The position numbers and the translations under genes are program-made. The notes beneath the pieces are model-generated. The model saw nothing but the letters and a program-made list of their open reading frames with translations, was not told where the DNA came from and ran no database searches. Below, piece after piece: positions 29,787 to 39,948 of a stretch of DNA of 64,000 nt. The DNA is from Gammaproteobacteria bacterium (GTDB lineage Bacteria > Pseudomonadota > Gammaproteobacteria > SZUA-229), in NCBI GenBank assembly GCA_029881795.1, contig JAOULX010000015.1, positions 1,810 to 65,809 of the forward strand, given 5' to 3'. The first letter of the stretch is position 1; each line of letters begins with the position of its first letter.

Positions 29787-31076
29787 CTAGAACAGATGAC
29801 GCGAGTTTATTAAAACATTTGAATCGCCGGTATCGATAGCATAACCAATATCCATCCGCAGGTTTACATTAACAAATGCCGCCAGCTTCCAACGAAATGC
29901 GACACCTATCGCCGGGTGTAAATGCGCCAGTTCAATCTCATCGAAACTGTCGTAAGTATTCCCCAGATCAAATAGCATACCGTAACGATATGACGGATTA
30001 TTAGTAAACGGCTTTAAATATTCCAGGTTCATCAGCACGCGTACATTGCCGGAATAGTAATTCTTTATATAACCACGAAGCTCACTGCCCCCCAGATAAA
30101 ACTCAGTATCCCCCAGATACTCTCCTTCACTGACTCCCAGCTCAACACGTGCATTCAGGTTATTCAATGGCGACGATTTAAGCCGGTAATAGCCCTTATA
30201 AAATAACAAATGCTTAGTATGGTTCTGCTCTGCATCAAACAATAAGCGGGTTGTATCGATCGTATAACCAAAATCTTTTCCGCGACGATTAAAAAGATAT
30301 TCATCAACTTTTTTATAGCCAACTCGCAGGCCCCAAAACTTGCCCTGATAATCCGGCTCTGACACATCACCAGCCACCAGCGCTTCATTATTTCGCTCTT
30401 CGTGATACAGACCGGCCCCCATATACCAGCCACTACTGCGATTTTTCAGGTGTCGCCAGCGCAACACATCAAAACCATATTTTTTTTCTTTTCTGGCCTG
30501 CGCATCTACATTGGCTTCGACGATTGCGGCTTCGCGCAGGTGTCCAAACACGGTAAAATTAAAAGCTGAACCGTAGAGCCGCGGGATCTCATACGTCAGC
30601 TCATGGCGGATATCATCCACCCCAAGAATACCGCCAAACTCTCGGGTTTTTAAATGCAGACGCTGATTGCTGCCAAATATATTATCCCAGTAACCCAGTA
30701 TCCCCAGCCTGAATGCTTTATCTGCCTCGTCAAAACGTATTTCAGGGATGACCACCATGTAATACTTTTCCCTGACTACAACGATCAACTTAACGTGTCC
30801 CTGCACATTATCATCTGCCGCATACAGGTAATAATCCACATCACGAAATATACCCAGATTCATAATGGCTTGCAGATCATCTTTCAGCAACGCCATATCA
30901 AGCTCATTACCGATTTTGGTTTGCATTTCCTGCTTTAGAATATAGTCACGCGTTTTTTCATTACCCACAAATTCAATCTGTGTAACAATCGAGGCCAGTA
31001 ACTGTCCGCAAAACATCATCAAGATGACAAATACAGCACACAGCAGCCTGTGTTTTATTGCTGTCACCGAACCCAT
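29787..31076 (-). CDS. Omp85/BamA-superfamily outer-membrane protein with a single POTRA domain
   Basis: 429 aa. Signal/TM at the N-terminus, a POTRA-like segment (IEFVGNEKTRDYILKQEMQTKIGNELDMALLKDDLQAIMNLGIFRDVD), a beta-barrel with a C-terminal ...HLF. Confidence 0.6.
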   Translation of the reverse strand: MGSVTAIKHRLLCAVFVILMMFCGQLLASIVTQIEFVGNEKTRDYILKQEMQTKIGNELDMALLKDDLQAIMNLGIFRDVDYYLYAADDNVQGHVKLIVVVREKYYMVVIPEIRFDEADKAFRLGILGYWDNIFGSNQRLHLKTREFGGILGVDDIRHELTYEIPRLYGSAFNFTVFGHLREAAIVEANVDAQARKEKKYGFDVLRWRHLKNRSSGWYMGAGLYHEERNNEALVAGDVSEPDYQGKFWGLRVGYKKVDEYLFNRRGKDFGYTIDTTRLLFDAEQNHTKHLLFYKGYYRLKSSPLNNLNARVELGVSEGEYLGDTEFYLGGSELRGYIKNYYSGNVRVLMNLEYLKPFTNNPSYRYGMLFDLGNTYDSFDEIELAHLHPAIGVAFRWKLAAFVNVNLRMDIGYAIDTGDSNVLINSRHLF

Positions 31077-31978
31077 TGACTTAATAACTTATCTCCCCAT
31101 TGATATATCACCAGTCCCATCAGTACAAAAAAAGTACCACAGGCCATAGGTATCGTGATCGTCTCGTGATTAAAAAGTAAACCCAGCATTAATGCGGTCA
31201 CCGGTGTAATCAGTGTTATCAACGCAACCGCAGAAGTGCTTAAGTTTTGCAATAAAAAATAATACAACATAAACCCCACAACCGAACCCATCGCCGCCAG
31301 ATAAACAATCGACAGCATTGCTTTAAGGCTGATCTGTTCCGGTACTGTTGCACCATTCGCCAACCAGGTGATCGTAAATAACGGTAGCGCCACCAGTAAA
31401 GCGCCGGCTGTTACGGTGACGGCGGACAGTCCGGGATTGATCGCCTTAACCATAACCGCACTGGCACTGTGCAACATCACCGCCAGCAGAATAATGATGA
31501 CTCCCTTTATACTCAGCAAAGCGGAAAAAACAGCTTGATAAAATATCACCATCAGACCAACAATACTCAGTAGCATCGCCAGCCATTGATAATGCCGGTG
31601 TTTTGTTTCATCGAGGAATTTTTCTGCCAGCAAACTGGTTATCAGTGGCGCCAGCCCAAACAACACCGCAATCAGACCCGAAGGAATATAAAGAGCCCCC
31701 CAGTAAACCAGTTGCATCGACGCGTAAATCGACACGGCTGCAGCCAGATAAACTTTAACTGCCTGACGACTAAGATCGAGGTTTTTATTAAGCACTGCCA
31801 GTGTCAGTAACGCCAGTACGGTTCCGATCAGCATCCGGCTGAGTACGGCAAATACAAAACCTGCCTGTTCTGAACTCCATTTTATCGCCAGCGGTGTAGT
31901 CGACCAGATCACCACAACGGCCAGATAACTGAAAATCACCCGGCTTAAGACCACTGCTTTAAATTCCGCTTTTATCAT
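31064..31978 (-). CDS. EamA/DMT-superfamily transporter (10 TM)
   Basis: 304 aa, two repeated 5-TM EamA-like halves. It overlaps the downstream OMP gene by 13 nt. Confidence 0.7.
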   Translation of the reverse strand: MIKAEFKAVVLSRVIFSYLAVVVIWSTTPLAIKWSSEQAGFVFAVLSRMLIGTVLALLTLAVLNKNLDLSRQAVKVYLAAAVSIYASMQLVYWGALYIPSGLIAVLFGLAPLITSLLAEKFLDETKHRHYQWLAMLLSIVGLMVIFYQAVFSALLSIKGVIIILLAVMLHSASAVMVKAINPGLSAVTVTAGALLVALPLFTITWLANGATVPEQISLKAMLSIVYLAAMGSVVGFMLYYFLLQNLSTSAVALITLITPVTALMLGLLFNHETITIPMACGTFFVLMGLVIYQWGDKLLSQWVR

Positions 31979-32236
31979 AACCGAGCAGTAACCTAGCTAG
32001 CTGTCTTTGGGCCGGCTGTATTTTTAGAAACAATCGGCAGCTCAATTTTTTCTTTTGATCCTCGCAAAATAACGTTTTAAGGCATAAAAACAGCCTTTTT
32101 ATCCCCATAACCTTGTCAATTGTCTTCTAAAACGTCATTATTGATGATTAATAATAAAAAAGCATCATTATCTAAGCGGATTAACAACATCGTAGTCAGC
32201 TGATTTTGAAATAATAAAGATTGAAATAGGCCTTAA

Positions 32237-33238
32237 ATGAACATTAGCAAAGTCTGTATTTTGGGTGGTGCTGGTTTTGTCGGTAGCACTCTTGTTAGTA
32301 AATTAGCCCGTATAGGCATCCACACTCGCATTATCAGCCGTCACCCTGAACGCCATCGTAAACTGCTGGTACTGCCAAATGTTGAAATCGTTGAAGCCGA
32401 TATTAATGATTTTAATCGTCTGTCCTATTACCTGCATGATGTGGATGCGGTGATCAATCTGGTCGGCATTCTGAATGATAACTCACTGGATGGCGCAGGC
32501 TTTAGAAAAGCCCATATCGAATTACCCAAACTGCTGGTTCAGGCCTGCCAGAAAAACAAAGTCAAACGTTTATTGCAAATGAGCGTTTTGAATGCCGATG
32601 CCGGTACCTCACCCAGCCACTATTTACGCTCTAAAAGTGAAGGCGAAAATCACCTGCATATTTTCAGTGACAAAGGCATACAAATTACCACCTTCCGCCC
32701 ATCCATTATTTTTGGCCCCGGTGACAACTTTTTCAATCGTTTCAGCAGATTAATCAAAGTCACTCCACTGATCTGTCCGGTTCCCCGCGCACAGGCCCGC
32801 TTTGCGCCGGTCTATGTCGGTGATGTGGCTGACTCAATGATCGAACATTTATTTAAATCTGACAGTAACGGGCTACGTGTTGACCTCTGTGGCCCGCATA
32901 GCTACAGCATGATGGAGCTGATGCAATACACGGCCGCACTGTCAGGCGTCAAACGTAAATTCATCGCACTGCCCGATCGGCTGTCACTGGCTATGGCACA
33001 TATGTCTGACTTTGCCAACAGCATTCCGATTGTCACACCAACGATGAACTGGCTGATCCCCGGCTTTGAAGAGGCACGTTTCTCGGTGGATAATTTTCGC
33101 TCTTTACTGGTAGACAGTGTCTGTAACCAATCTGCGCCCCAAAAGACCTCGATTGAAGACATCGTTCCGCACTATATCCAAGCAAAACCCAATCACAGCC
33201 GCTTTGATAGTCTGAGACAAACCATCCGACGGGATTAA
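32237..33238 (+). CDS. NAD(P)-binding Rossmann-fold protein (NAD-dependent epimerase/dehydratase / NmrA-like family)
   Basis: 333 aa. The N-terminal VCILGGAGFVGSTLVSKL is a GxxGxxG dinucleotide-binding motif. Confidence 0.7.
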   Translation: MNISKVCILGGAGFVGSTLVSKLARIGIHTRIISRHPERHRKLLVLPNVEIVEADINDFNRLSYYLHDVDAVINLVGILNDNSLDGAGFRKAHIELPKLLVQACQKNKVKRLLQMSVLNADAGTSPSHYLRSKSEGENHLHIFSDKGIQITTFRPSIIFGPGDNFFNRFSRLIKVTPLICPVPRAQARFAPVYVGDVADSMIEHLFKSDSNGLRVDLCGPHSYSMMELMQYTAALSGVKRKFIALPDRLSLAMAHMSDFANSIPIVTPTMNWLIPGFEEARFSVDNFRSLLVDSVCNQSAPQKTSIEDIVPHYIQAKPNHSRFDSLRQTIRRD

Positions 33239-33384
33239 ACTATGCCGCTCTGCTAAACCAGTGCGGCACTAAGCCGGCTTTTGGGTTATGTAAACTACTC
33301 AGAATAACCCTGCATGTTAATAGTTGAATTCCCTGTCTGGCTGAGCCAGTCTGCAATAATCACCAGTAAATACCGAGAAAAACC

Positions 33385-34851
33385 TTGAAGACGGACGTTA
33401 TTAAACAGACATTACTACCGGCTTTAATGGACATACTACCTGCCGAGTCCATCCTTTCAAAAGCGGAAGACCTGCACCCCTATGAATGCGATGGCCTCTC
33501 GGCCTACCGCCAGACTCCTTTACTGGTTGTTTTACCTGACAGTATTGATCAGGTTCAGCAAATTATGCGGCTCTGCCATCAGCACAAGGTAGCGGTGATT
33601 GCCCGAGGTGCCGGCACCGGATTGTCAGGTGGCGCTTTACCGCTTGCTGATGGCGTTTTACTGAGCCTAGCTAAATTTAAACAAATTCTGCAAATTGACC
33701 CGCTGGCGCGTACCGCCCGGGTTCAGCCAGGTGTTCGTAATCTGGCTATATCCGATGCCTGCAAACCGCATGGACTCTATTACGCACCTGACCCGTCCTC
33801 ACAAATTGCCTGCACCATTGGCGGTAATGTGGCGGAAAATTCCGGCGGTGTTCACTGTTTGAAATACGGCCTGACGGTACATAATATTTTAAAACTGGAG
33901 ATTATCACCGTCGATGGCGAACGGCTGACGGTTGGCAGCGAAGCACTCGACAGCCCGGGTTATGATTTACTGGCCTTGATGACCGGCTCCGAAGGCATGC
34001 TCGGCATTATTGTAGAAGTAACCGTCAAATTGCTGCCAATTCCTGAACAAGCCAAGGTGATCATGGCGTCATTTGATGATGTCTATAATGCCGGTAATGC
34101 CGTTGCCAATATTATATCTGCTGGCATCATTCCTGCCGGCCTCGAAATGATGGATAAGCTGGCAATTAAAGCGGCCGAAGACTTTATTCACGCCGATTAC
34201 CCGCTGGATGCCGAAGCGATCTTATTGTGTGAGCTGGACGGCAGCCGGCTTGAAGTTGATGAGCAAATACCTCATACCATCAGCCTGCTTCGCAGCAGCG
34301 GCGCCAGCGATATACAGCTTGCCAAAGACGAAGCGGAAAGAGAGAAATTCTGGCAGGGCCGTAAATCTGCTTTTCCTGCAGTGGGCAGAATGGCACCGGA
34401 TTATTATTGCATGGACGGCACCATCCCGCGCCGCGAACTGGCCAATATCCTGAAACGTATCGCCGATTTATCAGCCGACTATCAGCTGCCGGTAGCCAAT
34501 GTTTTCCATGCTGGCGACGGTAATATGCACCCGTTAATTCTTTACGATGCCAACATCGAAGGCGAGCTTGAACGCACCGAAGAGTTTGGCGCTAAAATAC
34601 TCGAAGCCTGTGTTGCTGCCGGTGGCACCATTACCGGTGAGCATGGTGTCGGCATGGAAAAAATTGATCAGATGTGTGTGCAGTTCCAGCCTGCTGAGCT
34701 GGCTCAGTTTCACGCCATTAAACATGCCTTCGACCCAGACACCTTACTCAACCCGGGCAAAGCCGTACCCACTTTACATCGCTGCGCTGAACTGGGTGCC
34801 ATGCATGTTCACAATGGTAAACTGCCGCACCCTGATTTACCCCGCTTCTAA
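33385..34851 (+). CDS. glcD: glycolate oxidase FAD-linked subunit GlcD
   Basis: 488 aa: HPYECDGLSAYRQTPLLVVLP...RGAGTGLSGGALP, FAD-binding PCMH domain. Confidence 0.85.
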   Translation: MKTDVIKQTLLPALMDILPAESILSKAEDLHPYECDGLSAYRQTPLLVVLPDSIDQVQQIMRLCHQHKVAVIARGAGTGLSGGALPLADGVLLSLAKFKQILQIDPLARTARVQPGVRNLAISDACKPHGLYYAPDPSSQIACTIGGNVAENSGGVHCLKYGLTVHNILKLEIITVDGERLTVGSEALDSPGYDLLALMTGSEGMLGIIVEVTVKLLPIPEQAKVIMASFDDVYNAGNAVANIISAGIIPAGLEMMDKLAIKAAEDFIHADYPLDAEAILLCELDGSRLEVDEQIPHTISLLRSSGASDIQLAKDEAEREKFWQGRKSAFPAVGRMAPDYYCMDGTIPRRELANILKRIADLSADYQLPVANVFHAGDGNMHPLILYDANIEGELERTEEFGAKILEACVAAGGTITGEHGVGMEKIDQMCVQFQPAELAQFHAIKHAFDPDTLLNPGKAVPTLHRCAELGAMHVHNGKLPHPDLPRF

Positions 34852-34856
34852 AACCC

Positions 34857-35924
34857 ATGACCGATCATACAAAACATCTGCAACAACAAATTCTTGCGGC
34901 CTGCCGTGATAATAGCGCCTGCCGTATCGAAGGCGGTAATAGCAAAGCCTTTATCGGCAATGCTTCAAACGGCGAGTTAATCTCTACTGCCCAGCACAGC
35001 GGCATCATCAGTTATGATGCCAGCGAACTGGTTATCACCGCACGCAGTGGCACCCCATTGAGTGAGATTCAGCAAGCGCTGGCCGCCAATAACCAGCAAC
35101 TGGCCTTTGAGCCACCGGCTTTTTCAGAGCAGGCAACTATCGGCGGCAGCATCGCCTGCAATCTGTCCGGCCCGGCTCGCGCTTATCTTGGTGCAGCGCG
35201 TGATTTTGTACTCGGCTGCCGCCTGATTAACGGCAAGGGCGAGTTATTACAGTTTGGTGGTCAGGTCATGAAAAATGTTGCCGGCTATGATGCCTCACGC
35301 TTAATGGCGGGAGCTTACGGCACGCTGGGTGTATTATTGGAGATATCGTTAAAAGTGCTGCCCAAACCGCAGTCCCAGATCACCGTTAAAATTCCGCAAG
35401 TCGCCAACGATGCCATCCTGATCATTAACCAGTTAGCCGCTAAAAATCTGCCGATCACAGCCAGCTGTTATCTCGATCACCATTTGACTATACGGCTTAA
35501 CAGTAGCCAGCAAAATACCGTCGCCGCCAGTCAGTTTATCTGCAAACAAACCGGTGGCCGTGTCATTGAGGACGATAAAGGTTTCTGGCAGTCGATTCGC
35601 GAGCAGACTCATCAGTTCTTTGATAGCAGCACGCCTGTTGCCCGCCTCTCTGTACCGGCATGCAGTCAGCTCGATCTTGCCGGTGAACAATTAATCGAAT
35701 GGGGCGGCGCTTTACGCTGGCTGAAAACAGAGCAGGACATCGACAGTCTGCGCGATGAGATAAAGCCCATCGGCGGTCATGTTACCGCTTATAAAAACTT
35801 CAAGCCATCGGCTGAATATTTTCAGCCACTGGACAGCAGCAACAAATTATTACAGCAGCGGTTAAAACAGGCTTTTGATCCGGCTGCTATTTTAAACCCC
35901 GGCCGCCTGTACAAAGAGTTTTAA
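34857..35924 (+). CDS. glcE: glycolate oxidase FAD-binding subunit GlcE
   Basis: 355 aa, FAD-binding type-4 domain. It sits between glcD and glcF with 5-bp and 3-bp gaps. Confidence 0.8.
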   Translation: MTDHTKHLQQQILAACRDNSACRIEGGNSKAFIGNASNGELISTAQHSGIISYDASELVITARSGTPLSEIQQALAANNQQLAFEPPAFSEQATIGGSIACNLSGPARAYLGAARDFVLGCRLINGKGELLQFGGQVMKNVAGYDASRLMAGAYGTLGVLLEISLKVLPKPQSQITVKIPQVANDAILIINQLAAKNLPITASCYLDHHLTIRLNSSQQNTVAASQFICKQTGGRVIEDDKGFWQSIREQTHQFFDSSTPVARLSVPACSQLDLAGEQLIEWGGALRWLKTEQDIDSLRDEIKPIGGHVTAYKNFKPSAEYFQPLDSSNKLLQQRLKQAFDPAAILNPGRLYKEF

Positions 35925-35927
35925 CCT

Positions 35928-37136
35928 ATGCAAACCAGAATCAGCCCTGAATACAATAGCTCAGTGGCAGCACAGCGGGCCGAACAAATCTTACGCAGCT
36001 GCGTACACTGCGGTTTTTGTACCGCAACCTGCCCGACCTATCAGTTACTGGGTGATGAACTTGACTCACCGCGTGGCCGAATTTATCTGATCAAACAATT
36101 ACTGGAAGGTAACCCGGTCACACAAAGCACACAACAGCACCTTGACCGTTGCCTGCTTTGTCGTTCCTGTGAAACTACCTGCCCGTCGGGCGTTGAGTAT
36201 TCGCATTTACTCGAAATCGGCCGTTCACTGACAGCAAAAAAAGTTAAACGCCCGCTAACAGAACGCATCAAGCGTTATCTGCTGCGCATGCTATTGCCAT
36301 ACCCTGCCCGTTTCTCTACCGCACTCCGCGCCGGCCGTTTTTTTAAAAACGTATTGCCGAAAAAACTGAAACAGGCAATCCCTGATATAACGGGTAACAC
36401 ACAATGGTGTCACGAGCCACAATCACGAAAAATGCTGCTACTCAATGGCTGCGTGCAGCCTGCGTTAAGCCCGTCGATTAATGCCGCAACATCGCGAGTG
36501 CTGAATAAACTCGGCATAGAGCTGATCAATAAGCCGCTGGCCCGTTGTTGCGGCGCCGTTAATCAGCACCTCGACGACGAAGCCAAGGCACAGTTATTGA
36601 TCAAACAAAATATCGATCAATGGTATCCCCTGATTGAATCTTCCGAGGTTGAAGCCATTGTGATCACAGCCAGCGGCTGTGGTGCGATGATCAAAGACTA
36701 TGGCTATTTACTGCGCCACGACAGTGACTATGCAGCCAAAGCCAGCGCCATCAGTTTACACTGCAAAGACATCTCGGAAATTATTGCGGCCGAAGACCTG
36801 AGCCGCCTGCAGATTACAGCCGATCAGACGGTTGCTTTTCACTCACCCTGCACCTTACAGCACGCGCAAAAGCTCAATGGCCTGGTTGAAAGTATTCTGC
36901 AACAGGCCGGTTATCAGTTAAATACAATACGCGATGCACACCTGTGCTGTGGCTCGGCAGGCACCTATTCAATTTTGCAAGCTGAGATCAGTCAGCAATT
37001 AAAAACCAACAAGCTTAATGCGCTGCAGGAATATCCGGCAGACATTATTGCCACCGCCAACATTGGCTGCCTGCATCACCTCAGCAGCGGCACACAAACA
37101 GTGGTAAAACACTGGATAGAATTACTCGATCAATAA
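35928..37136 (+). CDS. glcF: glycolate oxidase iron-sulfur subunit GlcF
   Basis: 402 aa: CVHCGFCTATCPTY and CLLCRSCETTCPSGV (two 4Fe-4S motifs) plus CCG domains. Confidence 0.85.
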   Translation: MQTRISPEYNSSVAAQRAEQILRSCVHCGFCTATCPTYQLLGDELDSPRGRIYLIKQLLEGNPVTQSTQQHLDRCLLCRSCETTCPSGVEYSHLLEIGRSLTAKKVKRPLTERIKRYLLRMLLPYPARFSTALRAGRFFKNVLPKKLKQAIPDITGNTQWCHEPQSRKMLLLNGCVQPALSPSINAATSRVLNKLGIELINKPLARCCGAVNQHLDDEAKAQLLIKQNIDQWYPLIESSEVEAIVITASGCGAMIKDYGYLLRHDSDYAAKASAISLHCKDISEIIAAEDLSRLQITADQTVAFHSPCTLQHAQKLNGLVESILQQAGYQLNTIRDAHLCCGSAGTYSILQAEISQQLKTNKLNALQEYPADIIATANIGCLHHLSSGTQTVVKHWIELLDQ

Positions 37137-37154
37137 TCACCTCAGGAATACACC

Positions 37155-37820
37155 ATGAATGTTACAGAAGCGTTGCTGCAAAGAAAATCAACACGGGCCT
37201 TTCTTGACAAAGCGGTCGACCGCTCGCTCATCGAAACGCTGTTAACTGAAGCCTCACATGCACCCTCGGGAACTAACACCCAGCCCTGGCAAGTAGCGGT
37301 TGTCAGTGGCAAGCAGAAGCAGGATTTACAAACCCTGCTTGAAGCCGCATTTCGTGATGGCAAGAAAGCCAATCCGGATTATCAGTATTACCCGTTAGAG
37401 TGGCAGTCGCCTTATAAAGACCGACGCCGTGAGTGCGGCCTGCAAATGTACAGTACGCTTGATATCAAACGTGACGATAAACAAAAACAGACCGATCAAT
37501 GGGCTAAAAACTTTCGCGCCTTTGATGCCCCGGTGATGTTATTGTTTTTTCTCGACCCGCTGATGCAAGCCGGATCTTATCTGGATTACGGTATGTTTTT
37601 ACAGTCACTGATGCTCAGTGCCGAGCAGCATGGTCTGGCTACCTGCCCGCAGGCTGCACTGGCCGATTATCCTGAGATCGTCAAACAACAACTGGCTTAC
37701 GATAACGACAGCGTCCTGCTCTGTGGCATGGCATTAGGCTACGAAGATAAATCGGCACTGGTAAACAGCTACCGTACAGGGCGCGAAGAAGTCAGCCAAT
37801 TCAGCCGTTTTTTTGACTGA
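37155..37820 (+). CDS. NAD(P)H nitroreductase-family flavoprotein
   Basis: 221 aa: LLQRKSTRAFLDKAV...PSGTNTQPWQVAVV matches the nitroreductase fold. Confidence 0.8.
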   Translation: MNVTEALLQRKSTRAFLDKAVDRSLIETLLTEASHAPSGTNTQPWQVAVVSGKQKQDLQTLLEAAFRDGKKANPDYQYYPLEWQSPYKDRRRECGLQMYSTLDIKRDDKQKQTDQWAKNFRAFDAPVMLLFFLDPLMQAGSYLDYGMFLQSLMLSAEQHGLATCPQAALADYPEIVKQQLAYDNDSVLLCGMALGYEDKSALVNSYRTGREEVSQFSRFFD

Positions 37821-37895
37821 TCGCGGCTGACTTTTATTTTACGCGGACTTATTATCACCTATACTCTTTAAACGCCTGATCAAACGGATAACAAT

Positions 37896-38672
37896 ATGCT
37901 CATCGTAGTATCACCTGCAAAAAAGCTCGATTATGAGACGCCTGCAAAAACCACAACCAGCACCATGCCTGAATTTCTTGAAGACTCTCAGCTATTAATT
38001 GATCGTCTTCGCCAGTTTTCTGCTATCGACATCGCTGAGCTGATGCACCTGAGCATGAAACTGGCCGAACTTAATTTTGAGCGCTACGAAAGCTGGTCAT
38101 TACCACTGAGCAGCGACAATGCCAAACAAGCCATGTTTGCCTTTAAAGGCGATGTGTATAGCGGACTAGATGCAGACAGCTTTTCAGCAGCGGATATTAA
38201 ATTTGCGCAGAAACATTTTCGTATGCTGTCCGGTCTGTACGGACTACTGAGACCTCTTGACCTGATGTTTCCATACCGGCTTGAGATGGGAACCCGTCTC
38301 GATAATCCGCGCGGAAAAAATCTTTATGAATTCTGGGGCAACATCATTACCGATGCCATTAACACTCAGTTAAAAGCCAGCAAGTCGACGCACTTAATTA
38401 ACCTCGCCTCTAATGAATATTTTAAATCCGTTAAAACCAAAAACATTAACGCAGATATTATTACACCGGCTTTTAAAGAATATAAGAACGGTGAATATAA
38501 GATGATTGGTATTTATGCTAAAAAAGCACGCGGCATGCTCAGTCGTTATATTATTCAAAATCAGCTGACGGATGTGGAAGACATTAAAAACTTTGCAGAA
38601 GACGGTTACAAGTTTAATAAAAAAGCCAGCAGCGGTAATAACTGGGTATTTACCCGCAGACAAAATAAATAG
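37896..38672 (+). CDS. yaaA: peroxide stress protein YaaA (UPF0246/DUF328)
   Basis: 258 aa: MLIVVSPAKKLDYETPA...AFKGDVYSGLDA is the conserved YaaA N-terminus. Confidence 0.85.
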   Translation: MLIVVSPAKKLDYETPAKTTTSTMPEFLEDSQLLIDRLRQFSAIDIAELMHLSMKLAELNFERYESWSLPLSSDNAKQAMFAFKGDVYSGLDADSFSAADIKFAQKHFRMLSGLYGLLRPLDLMFPYRLEMGTRLDNPRGKNLYEFWGNIITDAINTQLKASKSTHLINLASNEYFKSVKTKNINADIITPAFKEYKNGEYKMIGIYAKKARGMLSRYIIQNQLTDVEDIKNFAEDGYKFNKKASSGNNWVFTRRQNK

Positions 38673-38855
38673 CGTTTTTATCGCTGAATAATTTTCGCCC
38701 ATTCAGCTTGCAAGCAATCAACACAGCGTCGCCAGCCTACAGCATATTCTGTACGCTGCCGGCTCTGTGATGAAATACCTGTGGCTTTCTCTAAAAAGTG
38801 ACTGCTACTGAACTCAAGTTTGCAGCAGCCACTGACGATCAGCCCATACAATCAA

Positions 38856-39725
38856 TTACTTGATTTCTGAAAGCAACTCAGGATTAAGCACTAGGTTTCT
38901 GACCCCATGTGCATGGTCTTCTTTGAAGGTATTTCCTTTACACCAGTTACCTACCGTCTCGATATTAACTCTGGCAACATTAGGACGAACACTCCATGCA
39001 ACCTGGAACGGTGAGCCTTTTTCATTGTAACCAGGGCCGGTTGTTGAACCGGCATATTGTATAGCAGCACCTGTATTAGTAGGAATATTCAGCGCCTGAT
39101 GCAGATTGTTTTTCTTGCCATGCTGAGTCAGCGTAGCAAAATCCAGCGCTGACTTATCATTAACCAGCACATATACCTGAGTCTCTACCCGCAGCTGAGG
39201 ATTCTTGATGGAATCACTTAAACAAGAGCCTAAAGTCGGACCGGGATTAACCTGTGCAGTTGAGTGCACATAATGCACTTCAATCGTATCACCTGCTGAT
39301 AAACTGCCATGCTTGCTCGGGCATATTTCCTGATGCACCGGCTTTAACTCTGCCGCACTCAGATGACCTGAATACTTATAGCCACTTTGAAAACCGTGAC
39401 CGTCGCCGTTACCGGCATATTGGGTAAACTCACCACCTTTATGTTCAGCATTTTTGTGAAAATGGATATTACACAAATTCATTTCTGCATAGCCCGGTGA
39501 GGTATTAAAGGCTCGCTGGTTATCACCGGCTACTGAATCGATATCACGCGGTGATTGTGGACCAAAACCCTTACCATCTGTATTCTGTGCAAGCTTGCTA
39601 CGCTGTGATTCAATCACCTGATCTGACACCATGGCATGACTACTGTCATGAGTCGGAGTACTAGCGCTGACAGATAGTGGCAACAAAGCTGACAAGGCCA
39701 GCATCGAAACAACATTATTATTCAT
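38856..39725 (-). CDS. secreted alpha-carbonic-anhydrase-like protein (divergent)
   Basis: Signal peptide, then IHFHKNAEH ... IEVHYVHS (HxH ... HxVH zinc-ligand-like pattern) with a longer spacer than canonical alpha-CA. Confidence 0.4.
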   Translation of the reverse strand: MNNNVVSMLALSALLPLSVSASTPTHDSSHAMVSDQVIESQRSKLAQNTDGKGFGPQSPRDIDSVAGDNQRAFNTSPGYAEMNLCNIHFHKNAEHKGGEFTQYAGNGDGHGFQSGYKYSGHLSAAELKPVHQEICPSKHGSLSAGDTIEVHYVHSTAQVNPGPTLGSCLSDSIKNPQLRVETQVYVLVNDKSALDFATLTQHGKKNNLHQALNIPTNTGAAIQYAGSTTGPGYNEKGSPFQVAWSVRPNVARVNIETVGNWCKGNTFKEDHAHGVRNLVLNPELLSEIK

Positions 39726-39948
39726 TAATTTCTCCCTGTATTTATCTGTGTTATTTTAATGCTCAGGCAATCAGCATCTGTTCTTTATTTTTTATTATAT
39801 AAAGCAAGGTGCTGTTTATCCATAGCGAGCCGGCTGAGTATACATCAGCACAAACCAGCCTGGATATAATATTTTCTTATTTGTTAGCAACCAATTAAAT
39901 TTGTATAGAGAATGTCTGGAAAACGTATGGACAGTGAAAAAATATATT

